A stretch of DNA of 64,000 nt, taken from Gemmatimonadales bacterium. Lineage in GTDB: Bacteria; Gemmatimonadota; Gemmatimonadetes; Gemmatimonadales; GWC2-71-9. The notes under the pieces are model-generated. The model did not search any database. It saw only the letters and a program-made list of their open reading frames with translations, and was not told where the DNA came from. The position numbers and the translations under genes were made by a program. Positions 49,030 through 58,101 of this stretch are shown here, in pieces (position 1 is the first letter of the stretch; each line of letters starts with the position of its first letter). Where the stretch lies: positions 3,753-67,752 of the forward strand of contig JBGASX010000015.1 of the NCBI GenBank assembly GCA_044229445.1, written 5' to 3'.

Positions 49030-50628
49030 GTGAACGACGAGATCGATCTGGTTGCCCGCGAGGTGCTGTACGACGGGAGCGAAGCGGCTCCCGTGACCGA
49101 GCTCGCCCCCGAGGGCGGGGTCGTGCGGGAGCTTCCGGTGGTGACGCCGAAACCGGATCTCGGCTGTCATGCGGGCAAGGAGACGATGCTTGCCGCCGCG
49201 AAGGCCGCCGGCAAGAGCGAGATCCTCGACCGCTACGCGGCGGACTATCCGAAGGGACCGCACGACCAGCCGCAGTCGATGTGCCCCGCCTTTGGCTCGC
49301 TCCGGGTGGGCCTCCGGATGCGGCGGACGGCCACGATTCTCTCCGGTTCGGCCTGCTGCGTCTACGGCCTGACCTTCACCAGCCATTTCTACGGAGCCCG
49401 CCGCACGGTCGGGTACGTGCCGTTCAACTCCGAGACCCTGGTGACGGGCAAGCTCTTCGAGGACATCCGTGAGGCGGTCTACAATACGGCGGATCCGGCG
49501 CTCTACGATGCGATCGTGATCACCAATCTGTGCGTCCCGACCGCGTCAGGCGTACCGCTCCAGCTGCTGCCGAAGGAGATCAACGGCGTCCGCATCATCG
49601 GCATCGATGTCCCCGGATTCGGGGTGCCGACCCACGCCGAGGCCAAGGACGTGCTTGCCGGGGCGATGCTGCGCTATGCCCGTCTCGAGGCGGAGCATGG
49701 TCCGGTGCAGGCTCCCCGCGGTGGCGTCAGCGAGAAGCCGACCGTCACGCTGATCGGCGAGATGTTCCCGGCCGATCCGGTCGGCATCGGCATGATGCTC
49801 GAGCCGATGGGACTCGCCGCGGGACCGGTGGTGCCGACGCGCGAGTGGCGCGACCTCTACGCGGCGCTCGACTGCGCGGTCGTCGGCGCGATCCACCCGT
49901 TCTATACCGCATCGATCCGGGAATTCGAGGCGGCGGGCCGCAAGATCGTCGGCTCCGGGCCGGTGGGTGTCGATGGCACCGCGGCCTGGCTGCAGAGCAT
50001 CGGTGAGGCCTCTGGAACTGGTCAGCACGCCATCGACGCGGCGAAGAACCGCTTCCTGCCGGCCATCCAGGCCGGGCTGGCGAAGCACCCAATCGAGGGC
50101 CGCATCACGATCTCTGGCTACGAGGGCTCCGAGCTGCTGGTCGCCCGGCTGCTGGTCGAGAGCGGCGCCGATGTGCGCTACGTCGGCTCGGCCTGCCCGA
50201 AGACGCCCTGGAGTGCGGCGGACCGGGAGTGGCTCGAGGCCAAGGGGGTGCGGGTGCAGTACCGCGCCTCCCTCGAGCAGGATCTCGACGCGATGGAGGA
50301 GTTCCAGCCTGAGCTCGCGATCGGCACCACGCCGGTGGTGCAGGCCGCGAAAGAGAAGGCGATTCCCGCGCTCTACTTCACCAACCTCATCTCCGCGCGG
50401 CCGCTGTTCGGGCCCGCCGGCGCCGGATCACTCGCGCAGGTCGTCAACGGCGCGATGAAGAACGCCGACCGGTTCAACGAGATGCGGGCCTTCTTCGCGG
50501 GGGTCGGCACCGGATACACCGCGGGGGTGTGGTCCGACACCCCCGAGGATCGGCCCGAGTTCCGGGAGCACTATCGTCGGCACCTGGTGAAGAAGGCGAA
50601 GCAGAAGAAGGCGGAGGAAATGATCTGA
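49030..50628 (+). CDS. bchY: chlorophyllide a reductase subunit Y
   Basis: ORF 49000..50628. The start is either GTG 49030 or TTG 49000. Contains [56 protein letters not shown]. Confidence 0.93.
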   Translation: MNDEIDLVAREVLYDGSEAAPVTELAPEGGVVRELPVVTPKPDLGCHAGKETMLAAAKAAGKSEILDRYAADYPKGPHDQPQSMCPAFGSLRVGLRMRRTATILSGSACCVYGLTFTSHFYGARRTVGYVPFNSETLVTGKLFEDIREAVYNTADPALYDAIVITNLCVPTASGVPLQLLPKEINGVRIIGIDVPGFGVPTHAEAKDVLAGAMLRYARLEAEHGPVQAPRGGVSEKPTVTLIGEMFPADPVGIGMMLEPMGLAAGPVVPTREWRDLYAALDCAVVGAIHPFYTASIREFEAAGRKIVGSGPVGVDGTAAWLQSIGEASGTGQHAIDAAKNRFLPAIQAGLAKHPIEGRITISGYEGSELLVARLLVESGADVRYVGSACPKTPWSAADREWLEAKGVRVQYRASLEQDLDAMEEFQPELAIGTTPVVQAAKEKAIPALYFTNLISARPLFGPAGAGSLAQVVNGAMKNADRFNEMRAFFAGVGTGYTAGVWSDTPEDRPEFREHYRRHLVKKAKQKKAEEMI

Positions 50629-52073
50629 TGCTGGTCCTCGACCACGATCGCGCCGGCGGCTACTGGGGTGCCGTCTACGTCTTCACCGCGGTGAAGGGGC
50701 TGCAGGTCGTCATCGACGGGCCGGTCGGTTGCGAGAACCTCCCTGTGACCTCGGTCCTGCATTACACCGACGGCCTGCCGCCCCACGAGCTGCCGATCGT
50801 CGTCACCGGCCTGGGCGAAGAGGAGCTGGGCCAGCGCGGGACCGAAGACAGCATGAAGCGGGCGCACCGCACGCTGGACCCGGAGCTGCCGTCGGTGGTC
50901 GTGACGGGAAGCATCGCGGAGATGATCGGCGGCGGCGTGACGCCCGAAGGCACCAACATCCAGCGCTTCCTGCCGCGGACGATCGACGAGGACCAGTGGC
51001 AGGCGGCCAACCGCGCGATGTTCTGGCTGTGGACCGAGTACGGGCTCAAGAAAGGGGTCCGTCCCGATCCGAAGCCGCGCGAGCCGGGCGCGCGTCCGCG
51101 GGTCAACATCATCGGCCCGGCGTACGGCGTGTTCAACATGCCGTCCGACCTCGCCGAGATGCGCCGCCTGGTCGAGGGGATCGGCGCCGAGGTCAATCTG
51201 GTCTTCCCCCTCGGCAGTCACCTCGCGGATGTCCCCCGGCTGGTGGATGCCGACGTGAATGTGGTCATGTACCGCGAGTTCGGCCGGATGCTGTGTGAGG
51301 CGCTCGACCGCCCCTACCTGCAGGCGCCGATCGGACTCCACTCGACCACCAGCTTCCTGCGCAAGCTGGGCGAGCTGCTGGGGCTGGACCCGGAGCCGTT
51401 CATCGAGCGGGAGAAGCACACCACGATCAAGCCCCTCTGGGATCTCTGGCGGAGCGTGACGCAGGACTTCTTCGCGACGGCCAGCTTCGGCATCGTCGCG
51501 AACGAGACGTATGCGCGCGGGGTGCGGCACTTCCTGGAAGACGAGCTGGGGCTGCCCTGCACGATGGCGGTGGCGCGGAAGCCCGGTGCCAAGACCGACA
51601 ACGCAGCGGTCCGTCAGGCGATCCGGGAGAAGACGCCGCTGATTCTCTTCGGCAGCTACAACGAGCGGATGTACCTGGCGGAGCTCGGACCACGGGCAAT
51701 GTACATCCCGGCGTCGTTCCCGGGCGCGATTATCCGGCGCCACACGGGGACGCCGTTCATGGGCTACTCGGGCGCGACCTACCTGGTGCAGGAGGTCTGC
51801 AACGCGCTCTTCGACGCGCTGTTTCACATCCTGCCGCTGGGCACGGACATGGACCGGGTCGAAGCGACCCCCGCCCGTCAGATCGCCAGTCTCCCCTGGA
51901 CCGACGATGCCAAGCGGTTGCTGGACGAGATGGTCGAGCAGCAGCCGGTGCTGGTCCGCATCTCGGCCGCGAAGCGGCTCCGGGACCGGGCCGAGCGGGA
52001 TGCGCGGGCGCGGGGCGACACCTGTGTGACGGCCGCCCACGTGGAAGGCGGGCTGGTCAACAGCGCCGGCTAG
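50628..52073 (+). CDS. bchZ: chlorophyllide a reductase subunit Z
   Basis: ORF 50529..52073 trimmed to ATG 50628, which overlaps the bchY stop by 1 nt (TGATG). N-terminus [40 protein letters not shown]. Confidence 0.93.
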   Translation: MLVLDHDRAGGYWGAVYVFTAVKGLQVVIDGPVGCENLPVTSVLHYTDGLPPHELPIVVTGLGEEELGQRGTEDSMKRAHRTLDPELPSVVVTGSIAEMIGGGVTPEGTNIQRFLPRTIDEDQWQAANRAMFWLWTEYGLKKGVRPDPKPREPGARPRVNIIGPAYGVFNMPSDLAEMRRLVEGIGAEVNLVFPLGSHLADVPRLVDADVNVVMYREFGRMLCEALDRPYLQAPIGLHSTTSFLRKLGELLGLDPEPFIEREKHTTIKPLWDLWRSVTQDFFATASFGIVANETYARGVRHFLEDELGLPCTMAVARKPGAKTDNAAVRQAIREKTPLILFGSYNERMYLAELGPRAMYIPASFPGAIIRRHTGTPFMGYSGATYLVQEVCNALFDALFHILPLGTDMDRVEATPARQIASLPWTDDAKRLLDEMVEQQPVLVRISAAKRLRDRAERDARARGDTCVTAAHVEGGLVNSAG

Positions 52074-52960
52074 CCGAGACCGTCCGCCGCGGCCCGGTCG
52101 AGAATGACGGTGGCGACGGCCGCGGGAAGCTCCTCGTGGAGCAGATGGCCGCCAGTGAGCGACTGAAGCGTGCAGCGGGGCATGCGGCGCGCGATGGTAC
52201 GGAGGAGTCGGCGCGGAATCCAGGCGTCGTCCGTGCCGGTGACGAGGAGGACGGGGCAGGGGACCCGTGGAAGGTCCCGCTCCAGGTCGGTCAGCGACCA
52301 CTCGGTCATCATGGTCAGCACATCGTGGTTGTGCTGCACCGAGCGGAAGAAGGTCCGGTAGAACTCGCGCTGCTCGGCGCTGAGGGCCGAGCCGGTAGAG
52401 CGGAGCAGCGAGTCGACAATCGCGGGGCGTGCCGCCAGTGAGGCGGCGGTCCGGGCGACGAAGGCCGAGGTGGCGAGGCGGTGTACGAACGGCGCGAAGA
52501 GCAGCCGGTACGCGGCCGGAGGGGGCACCAGGGCGGGGTTGAGCCCGATCAGCAGTCGTGGCGCGATGGCCCCATCAATCGCCATCCGGAGCGCGACAGC
52601 GGCCCCGGCCGAGTGGCCGACGACGAGGGTGGGTGATGCATCGAGGGTGGTCAGCAGGCGACCGAGCGCCGCGGCCATCCCGGGGAGGGTGAGGAGTTCG
52701 GCGCGCGGGGCCGGGGTGAAGCCATGCCCAGGGAGGTCCGGCGCGATGACGCGGAACCGGGTGGCGAGCCGGGGCAGCAGGCCGGCCCACGAGTGGGTGG
52801 CGCTGCCGGTTCCATGCAGCAGGAGGAGGTCGGGCCCGCGGCCGGCACGCTGCACATGCCACCGCAGACCGTCACAGTCGACGAAGCGGCTCGACTCACG
52901 ATTCGGCCAGAGCGGGCGCAGGTCAGCCCAAGCTGGAGCAGATGCAGGAGTAGGTGTCAT
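52070..52960 (-). CDS. bchO: alpha/beta hydrolase, BchO-like (Mg-chelatase accessory protein)
   Basis: ORF 52070..53038 trimmed to ATG 52960. Contains [51 protein letters not shown] and the nucleophile elbow GHSAGA. It is convergent with bchZ, and the two stop codons share CTAG (52070-52073). Confidence 0.8.
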   Translation of the reverse strand: MTPTPASAPAWADLRPLWPNRESSRFVDCDGLRWHVQRAGRGPDLLLLHGTGSATHSWAGLLPRLATRFRVIAPDLPGHGFTPAPRAELLTLPGMAAALGRLLTTLDASPTLVVGHSAGAAVALRMAIDGAIAPRLLIGLNPALVPPPAAYRLLFAPFVHRLATSAFVARTAASLAARPAIVDSLLRSTGSALSAEQREFYRTFFRSVQHNHDVLTMMTEWSLTDLERDLPRVPCPVLLVTGTDDAWIPRRLLRTIARRMPRCTLQSLTGGHLLHEELPAAVATVILDRAAADGLG

Positions 52961-53049
52961 GTCTCTTCGAGGCCGTTGCCTGCAAGGGCCCGGCCACCCC
53001 GGCCGCGGGGGAGTCCGCGGTGATTCTTCACTACCCACAGGGGGTTCGT

Positions 53050-53187
53050 ATGTCGGACAACAATGGCGGGATGACGGACGACGAGGCCAGAGCGTTCCAC
53101 GGGACCTTCGTCGCCATGACGGCGGTGTTCATTCTGACCGCGGCCGTCGCGCATTTCTTGGCCTGGAGCTGGCGCCCCTGGCTCTGA
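53050..53187 (+). CDS. pufB: light-harvesting complex beta polypeptide
   Basis: ORF 52954..53187 trimmed to ATG 53050. 45 aa: MSDNNGGMTDDEARAFHGTFVAMTAVFILTAAVAHFLAWSWRPWL. It has the canonical beta pattern (E-x-x-x-FH, A-x-x-AH-x-L-x-W-x-WRPW). Confidence 0.9.
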   Translation: MSDNNGGMTDDEARAFHGTFVAMTAVFILTAAVAHFLAWSWRPWL

Positions 53188-53224
53188 GCCCAGTCCTCAC
53201 TACTCACTGACTTGAGAGGGAAAA

Positions 53225-53389
53225 ATGTATCGCATGTGGAAAGGGCTGGACGCCAGATTTGTCCTCAGCGTCTCCGGCGCCGCTGTTTCGCTGATCGCCG
53301 TGTACATCCACATCTGGGCGTTCAGCATCACCGGTTGGCCGAAGACGGCGCGCGTGAAGTACAACCCGCCTGCCGCCATCGCGCCGTAA
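53225..53389 (+). CDS. second light-harvesting alpha-type polypeptide (pufA paralog)
   Basis: Below the ORF-track cutoff, so translated by hand: MYRMWKGLDARFVLSVSGAAVSLIAVYIHIWAFSITGWPKTARVKYNPPAAIAP*. GAGAGGG lies 5 nt upstream. It aligns with the downstream pufA product (M-RxW-GLD-R-VL...AV-IH), including the putative BChl-ligating His. Confidence 0.7.
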   Translation: MYRMWKGLDARFVLSVSGAAVSLIAVYIHIWAFSITGWPKTARVKYNPPAAIAP

Positions 53390-53488
53390 CCTGGTACGCA
53401 GAGGGGACCATGGGACCGGGTACCGCCGGTCTGTGCCGGGCACCCGGCCCATGACTCCTCGATCACACCTCTGAATCGAGGCTTGAGT

Positions 53489-53704
53489 ATGCACCGCATT
53501 TGGCTAGGACTTGACCCGCGCAAGGTGCTGGTTGCCACGGCGGGCGGGCTGGGGCTGCTGGCAGTGGTGATTCACCTCATCCTGCTCAGCTCCGTGCGTT
53601 ACGCGTGGATCGAGAACGGCACCTTGCCGTCCGAGAAGGCCCCAGTGGCCGCCTCCTCGCCCGCTGCCGCGGCCGAGATGGCACCGCTGCCGCCGAACCG
53701 GTAG
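53489..53704 (+). CDS. pufA: light-harvesting LH1 alpha polypeptide
   Basis: ORF 53483..53704 trimmed to ATG 53489. Sequence MHRIWLGLDPRKVLVATAGGLGLLAVVIHLILLSSVRYAWIENG..., the canonical alpha pattern, followed by an Ala/Pro-rich C-terminal tail. Confidence 0.9.
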   Translation: MHRIWLGLDPRKVLVATAGGLGLLAVVIHLILLSSVRYAWIENGTLPSEKAPVAASSPAAAAEMAPLPPNR

Positions 53705-53725
53705 TAGTACGAACTGGGGTCAGGT

Positions 53726-53760
53726 GGCGGCGGTGCGGGCCGAGAGGCCCCGCCGCTGCC
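53726..53760 (+). other. imperfect GC-rich stem-loop in the pufA-pufL spacer
   Basis: GGCGGCGGTGCGGGCC-gaga-GGCCCCGCCGCTGCC. The inner 5 bp pair perfectly; the outer stem needs bulges. Confidence 0.35.
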
Positions 53761-53831
53761 CCCGCCCAACCGGGTCCGTCAGGGCCCCCACGCATTCGCG
53801 AAATAAACGCCACTTCCGGAGAACGTGACCG

Positions 53832-54656
53832 ATGGCGATGCTCTCATTCGAACGCAAGTACCGAGTCCGCGGCGGGACTCTGATCGGCGGCGACCTGTTC
53901 GACTTCTGGGTCGGGCCGTTCTACGTCGGATTCTTCGGCCTGTCCGCCATCTTCTTCATCGCTCTCGGGGTGATGCTCATTCTCTGGGGTGCGGCCATCG
54001 GGCCGACCTGGAATGTCTGGCGCATCAACATCGCGCCGCCCGACCTGAGCTATGGTCTCAACATGGCGCCCCTTGCCCAAGGGGGGCTCTGGCAGCTCAT
54101 CACCATGTGTGCGGTCGGGGCGTTCGTGTCCTGGGCGCTCCGGCAAGCCGAGATCGCCCGGAAACTGGGAATGGGCCTGCACATCTCGTGGGCCTTCTCC
54201 GCCGCCGTCTTCGCCTACGTCAGCCTCGTGGTCATTCGACCGCTGCTGCTGGGGGCGTGGGGACACGGGTTCCCGTACGGCATCTTCAGTCACCTGGACT
54301 GGGTGTCGAACACGGGCTACCAGTACCTGCACTTTCATTACAACCCGCTGCACATGATCGCGATCACCTTCTTCTTCACCAACTGCCTCGCGCTCGCGAT
54401 GCACGGGTCGCTGATTCTGTCAGTGACCAATCCGAAGAAGGGGCAGCCGGTCAAGACCAGCGAACACGAAAACGTCTTCTTCCGCGACTTCCTCGGCTAC
54501 TCGATCGGCGCGATCGGCATCCATCGCCTGGGAACGTTCCTCGCGATGAGTGCGGCGATCTTCAGCGCACTCTGCATCCTGGTCTCCGGTCCGCTCTGGA
54601 CCCGGGGCTGGCCGGAGTGGTGGTCCTGGTGGCTAAACCTCCCGATCTGGAAGTGA
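53832..54656 (+). CDS. pufL: photosynthetic reaction centre subunit L
   Basis: 274-aa ORF containing [58 protein letters not shown] and AMHGSLILS. Confidence 0.97.
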   Translation: MAMLSFERKYRVRGGTLIGGDLFDFWVGPFYVGFFGLSAIFFIALGVMLILWGAAIGPTWNVWRINIAPPDLSYGLNMAPLAQGGLWQLITMCAVGAFVSWALRQAEIARKLGMGLHISWAFSAAVFAYVSLVVIRPLLLGAWGHGFPYGIFSHLDWVSNTGYQYLHFHYNPLHMIAITFFFTNCLALAMHGSLILSVTNPKKGQPVKTSEHENVFFRDFLGYSIGAIGIHRLGTFLAMSAAIFSALCILVSGPLWTRGWPEWWSWWLNLPIWK

Positions 54657-54668
54657 GGTACCCGAGCC

Positions 54669-56084
54669 ATGCTTGAATACCAGAACATCTTCACTCGGGT
54701 ACAGGTCCGTGCCGCGCCGGATCTGGGCCTGCCCATCTCGACCAAATCGGGCAGCCGCCTCATCAAGCCGTTCTTCAGCAAGTGGATCGGCAAGATCGGC
54801 GACGCGCAGATCGGCCCGATCTACCTGGGAACGACCGGCCTCCTGTCACTGCTGTTCGGCTTCATGGCGATCGAGATCATTGGTCTCAATTTCCTGAAGC
54901 AGGTGAACTGGAGCCCCGTCGAGTTCCTGCGCCGCCTGCCGTGGCTCACGCTCGAGCCGCCGGCGCCGGTGTACGGGCTGCACATCCCGCCGCTCGCCAA
55001 GGGTGGCTGGTATCTCATCGCGGGTGGCCTGCTCACCTTCTCGATCATCCTCTGGTGGGTCCGCACCTACCGCCGGGCGCGCGCGCTCGGCCTGGGGACG
55101 CACCTCGCCTGGGCGTTCGCGTCGGCGATCTTCCTCTACCTGAGCTTCTTCTTCCAGCCGCTGCTCGTCGGCAGCTGGAGCGAGATGGTGCCGTTCGGCA
55201 TCTTCGCCCATCTCGACTGGACCTCGGCGTTCTCGATCCGGTACGGGAACCTCTACTACAACCCGTTCCACGCCCTGTCGATCGCCTTTCTGTACGGCTC
55301 CGCCGTGCTCTTCGCCATGCACGGCGCCACGATCCTCGCGGTGAGCCGCGTCGGTGGTGAACGGGAAATCGAGCAGATCACCGACCGCGGGACCGCGGCG
55401 GAACGGGCCGCGCTCTTCTGGCGCTGGACGATGGGCTGGAACGCCACGATGGAGTCGATCCATCGCTGGGCCTGGTGGTTCGCCGTGCTGACCACCTTCA
55501 CCGGTGGCATCGGCATCCTGCTGACCGGCACGGTGGTCGACAACTGGTACCTGTGGGGTCAGAAGCACGGACTGGTCGCCGATTATCCGGCGCAGAACCC
55601 GAACCTGACGCCCGCCGATCTCGAGAAGCTCCGGGGCCGCTATTCGGGAACCCAGCCGGACAGCTTCCCGAGCTACCAGCCGGTGGCGCCGGTGGTGGTA
55701 CCCGTGGTGACCTCGACGGAGATCATCTCCGCGATCGGCAAGACCGGGCGCATCGCGACCGAGGCGATCCTGTTCGAGGTGGGGAGCAACGCGATCCTGC
55801 CGGAGTCGAAGCCGCAGCTGGCCGAAATCGGCCGCGCGCTGTCCGACCAGCCGAAGCTCGCGCTGGTCATCGAAGGCCACACCGACAGCATGGGGGTCGC
55901 CGACAGCAACCAGGTGCTCTCCGAGCGGCGCGCTAACGCGGTCCGGGACTACCTGGTGACGAACTTCAAGGTGGCGCCGGCCCGGCTGACCGCCGTCGGC
56001 TACGGGTCCTCTCGCCCCATCGCGGCGAATGACACTCCTGAAGGACGCGCGCACAACCGGCGTGTCGAACTGGTGAAGCCATGA
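54669..56084 (+). CDS. pufM: photosynthetic reaction centre subunit M fused in frame to a C-terminal OmpA-like peptidoglycan-binding domain
   Basis: 471-aa uninterrupted ORF. Residues 1 to about 303 form a full M subunit ([13 protein letters not shown]...[24 protein letters not shown]...[10 protein letters not shown]...[17 protein letters not shown]). Residues about 304-366 are a Pro-rich linker. Residues about 367-471 read [22 protein letters not shown]...[31 protein letters not shown]...[26 protein letters not shown], which is OmpA_C-like. Confidence 0.95.
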   Translation: MLEYQNIFTRVQVRAAPDLGLPISTKSGSRLIKPFFSKWIGKIGDAQIGPIYLGTTGLLSLLFGFMAIEIIGLNFLKQVNWSPVEFLRRLPWLTLEPPAPVYGLHIPPLAKGGWYLIAGGLLTFSIILWWVRTYRRARALGLGTHLAWAFASAIFLYLSFFFQPLLVGSWSEMVPFGIFAHLDWTSAFSIRYGNLYYNPFHALSIAFLYGSAVLFAMHGATILAVSRVGGEREIEQITDRGTAAERAALFWRWTMGWNATMESIHRWAWWFAVLTTFTGGIGILLTGTVVDNWYLWGQKHGLVADYPAQNPNLTPADLEKLRGRYSGTQPDSFPSYQPVAPVVVPVVTSTEIISAIGKTGRIATEAILFEVGSNAILPESKPQLAEIGRALSDQPKLALVIEGHTDSMGVADSNQVLSERRANAVRDYLVTNFKVAPARLTAVGYGSSRPIAANDTPEGRAHNRRVELVKP

Positions 56085-57298
56085 CCAACGCATCTGGAAG
56101 GTTGGTACCCAGCTGGATCGCCCGCGGAGGCGCACTCGTCCTCGCGGTTGCCATCCTGACGCTCGGCGCGACGGGCTGCGAGATCGGCCGCAAATATTCG
56201 ACCCAGCGTGCCTACCGCGGCACCGGCATGGAGAACATCTATGACCGGACGGTCCTCGACGCGAAGGCCACCGCGGTCGCGGCGAAGATCCCGGCAACCC
56301 TCCCGGCGGCGCCGCCGCCAAGCGCGGGCCCGCTGCCGTGGCGGAATGTGCAGGTGCTCAACGACATCGGTGCGGCGGAATTCACCCGGACCATGCTGGC
56401 GATGAGCACCTGGGTGGCGGGCACGGGCAACTGTGCCTATTGCCACAACATCGCGGCGCCGTGGGACGATACCCTGCCGAACGGCAAGCCGATCTATACC
56501 AAGATCGTCGCGCGCCGGATGCTCCAGATGGTCAGGAACATCAATGGCAATTACGCCGGACACGTCGCCAATACCGGCGTGACCTGCTACACCTGCCATC
56601 TCGGCAAGCCGATCCCGAACGGAGTGTGGTTCTATACCGAACCGAATCAGCTCGAGCGCTATTTCCTCGATCGCGACGGCGTCCGGGTACAGTCACACGA
56701 AGTGCTGGCCAGCACCGCCAGCCTGACGAACCGCTCGTCGGCGAAGCAGGCGGAGTGGACGTACGCGCTGATGATCAAGCTGTCGTCGAGTCTCGGCGTG
56801 AGCTGCAACCACTGCCACAACAGCCGCGCCTTCTGGTCCTGGGAGCAGGCGCCGCCGCAGCGCGTGGTGGCCCTCCTCGCGGCCAACATGGTGCGCGATC
56901 TGAACCAGCATTACCTGGCGCCCCTGCAGCCCGTGTTCCCGGCGGTCCGGCTCGGCAAGATGGGTGATGCGCCGAAGCTCCAGTGCCTGACCTGCCACAA
57001 CGGGGCGTACAAGCCGCTGTACGCCTACCCGATGGTGAAGGACTATCCCGCGCTCTGGGGTCGTCCGGACTGGAATGGCACGCCGTTCCCGCGGATCCCG
57101 ACGGCCGAGGAAGAGGCCGCCGCGATCGCCCGGGCCAAGGCGGACAGCATCGCCGCGGCCAAGGCCGCGACGCAGCCGGCCGCACCTGCGGCTGCTCCCG
57201 CCGCCGCGCCGGCGCCCGCCGCCGGGGATAAGGCGAGCGGTGCCATGGGTGGGCAGGGTCCTGCGGGGAAGGACACCACTGCGAAGAAGAAGCCCTAG
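56081..57298 (+). CDS. pufC: reaction-centre tetrahaem cytochrome c subunit (lipoprotein)
   Basis: 405-aa ORF with an ATGA overlap on the pufM stop. Lipobox LTLGATGC. Four CxxCH motifs (CAYCH, CYTCH, CNHCH, CLTCH). Ala/Pro-rich C-terminal tail ending in KKKP. Confidence 0.93.
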   Translation: MTNASGRLVPSWIARGGALVLAVAILTLGATGCEIGRKYSTQRAYRGTGMENIYDRTVLDAKATAVAAKIPATLPAAPPPSAGPLPWRNVQVLNDIGAAEFTRTMLAMSTWVAGTGNCAYCHNIAAPWDDTLPNGKPIYTKIVARRMLQMVRNINGNYAGHVANTGVTCYTCHLGKPIPNGVWFYTEPNQLERYFLDRDGVRVQSHEVLASTASLTNRSSAKQAEWTYALMIKLSSSLGVSCNHCHNSRAFWSWEQAPPQRVVALLAANMVRDLNQHYLAPLQPVFPAVRLGKMGDAPKLQCLTCHNGAYKPLYAYPMVKDYPALWGRPDWNGTPFPRIPTAEEEAAAIARAKADSIAAAKAATQPAAPAAAPAAAPAPAAGDKASGAMGGQGPAGKDTTAKKKP

Positions 57299-57332
57299 CG
57301 CCGTCAGATACCGTCTGACCGCAGTGCGAGAT

Positions 57333-57362
57333 GCCCCGCGGCGGTTTCGTCGCGGGGCGTTT
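57333..57362 (+). terminator. hairpin after pufC (possible intrinsic terminator)
   Basis: GCCCCGCG-gcggtttcgt-CGCGGGGC forms an 8-bp GC stem followed by GTTT, 35 nt after the pufC stop. Confidence 0.45.
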
Positions 57363-57448
57363 CACGGGAACACCGGCCATCGGCCACAGGTATAACCAGC
57401 GGTTCGCGGTCCGCGCTGAAGCGGGCCGCACCGCCCGCCAGAAATGAG

Positions 57449-58099
57449 GTGGTGACCGTGACTGTACGTCGACTGCCAGTCTACATCCTCGCGGACGTCT
57501 CCGGCTCCATGCAGGGCACGCCGATCGAATCGGTGAAGTCAGGCATCAGCCAGCTCCACCGCGACCTGATGAGCGATCCCCAGGCCATCGAGAGCGCGTA
57601 CCTCTCGATCGTGACCTTTGCGAACACCGCAGAGCAGGTGGTGCCGCTGACGGAGGTGTCGCTCTTCAATCCCCCGAACCTGGTGGCGAGCGGTAACACC
57701 AATTTCGGCGACGCCCTCCGGCTGCTGCTCGAGTGCTTCGAGCACGAGATCGTACGGACGACCCCGGAACAGAAGGGGGACTGGAAGCCCCTCGTGTTCA
57801 TCCTGAGCGACGGGGCTCCGACCGACACCGCCTGGCCCGATTACGCCCAGCAGCTCCGCAATCGCCGGCCGGCCAACATCATCGCGGTGGCCTGTGGCGA
57901 CCAGGCGGATGTGAACTGCCTCAAGCAGGTGACGGAAGTCGTCATCCAGATGAAGGATCTGTCGCCCGATTCCTTCCGCGCCTTCTTCAAGTTCGTTTCG
58001 GCCTCGGTGCGCCAGACCAGCGCCAAGGTTGGCGCCCTCGCCGAGGGCGGTGCGATCACCCTGCCGCCGCCTCCGCCCGGCATCACGATCGTACCCTGA
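57449..58099 (+). CDS. TerY-type von Willebrand factor A domain protein
   Basis: 216-aa ORF. The start could be GTG 57449, 57452 or 57458 (GAGG at 57447-57450). Contains RRLPVYILADVSGSMQGTPIESV (MIDAS DxSGS), GNTNFGDAL, KGDWKPLVFILSDGAPTD and a C-terminal LPPPPPGITIVP. This matches the TerY-like vWA family as I know it. Confidence 0.85.
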   Translation: MVTVTVRRLPVYILADVSGSMQGTPIESVKSGISQLHRDLMSDPQAIESAYLSIVTFANTAEQVVPLTEVSLFNPPNLVASGNTNFGDALRLLLECFEHEIVRTTPEQKGDWKPLVFILSDGAPTDTAWPDYAQQLRNRRPANIIAVACGDQADVNCLKQVTEVVIQMKDLSPDSFRAFFKFVSASVRQTSAKVGALAEGGAITLPPPPPGITIVP

Positions 58100-58101
58100 A
58101 G

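Noticed and set aside
57331-57395. Small ORF (MPRGGFVAGRFTGTPAIGHRYNQRFAVRAEAGRTARQK) between pufC and the vWA gene, considered as a possible pufX-like or extra RC subunit.
   Set aside because: It overlaps the post-pufC hairpin. It has no SD and no hydrophobic segment, and its composition is typical of non-coding GC-rich frames.
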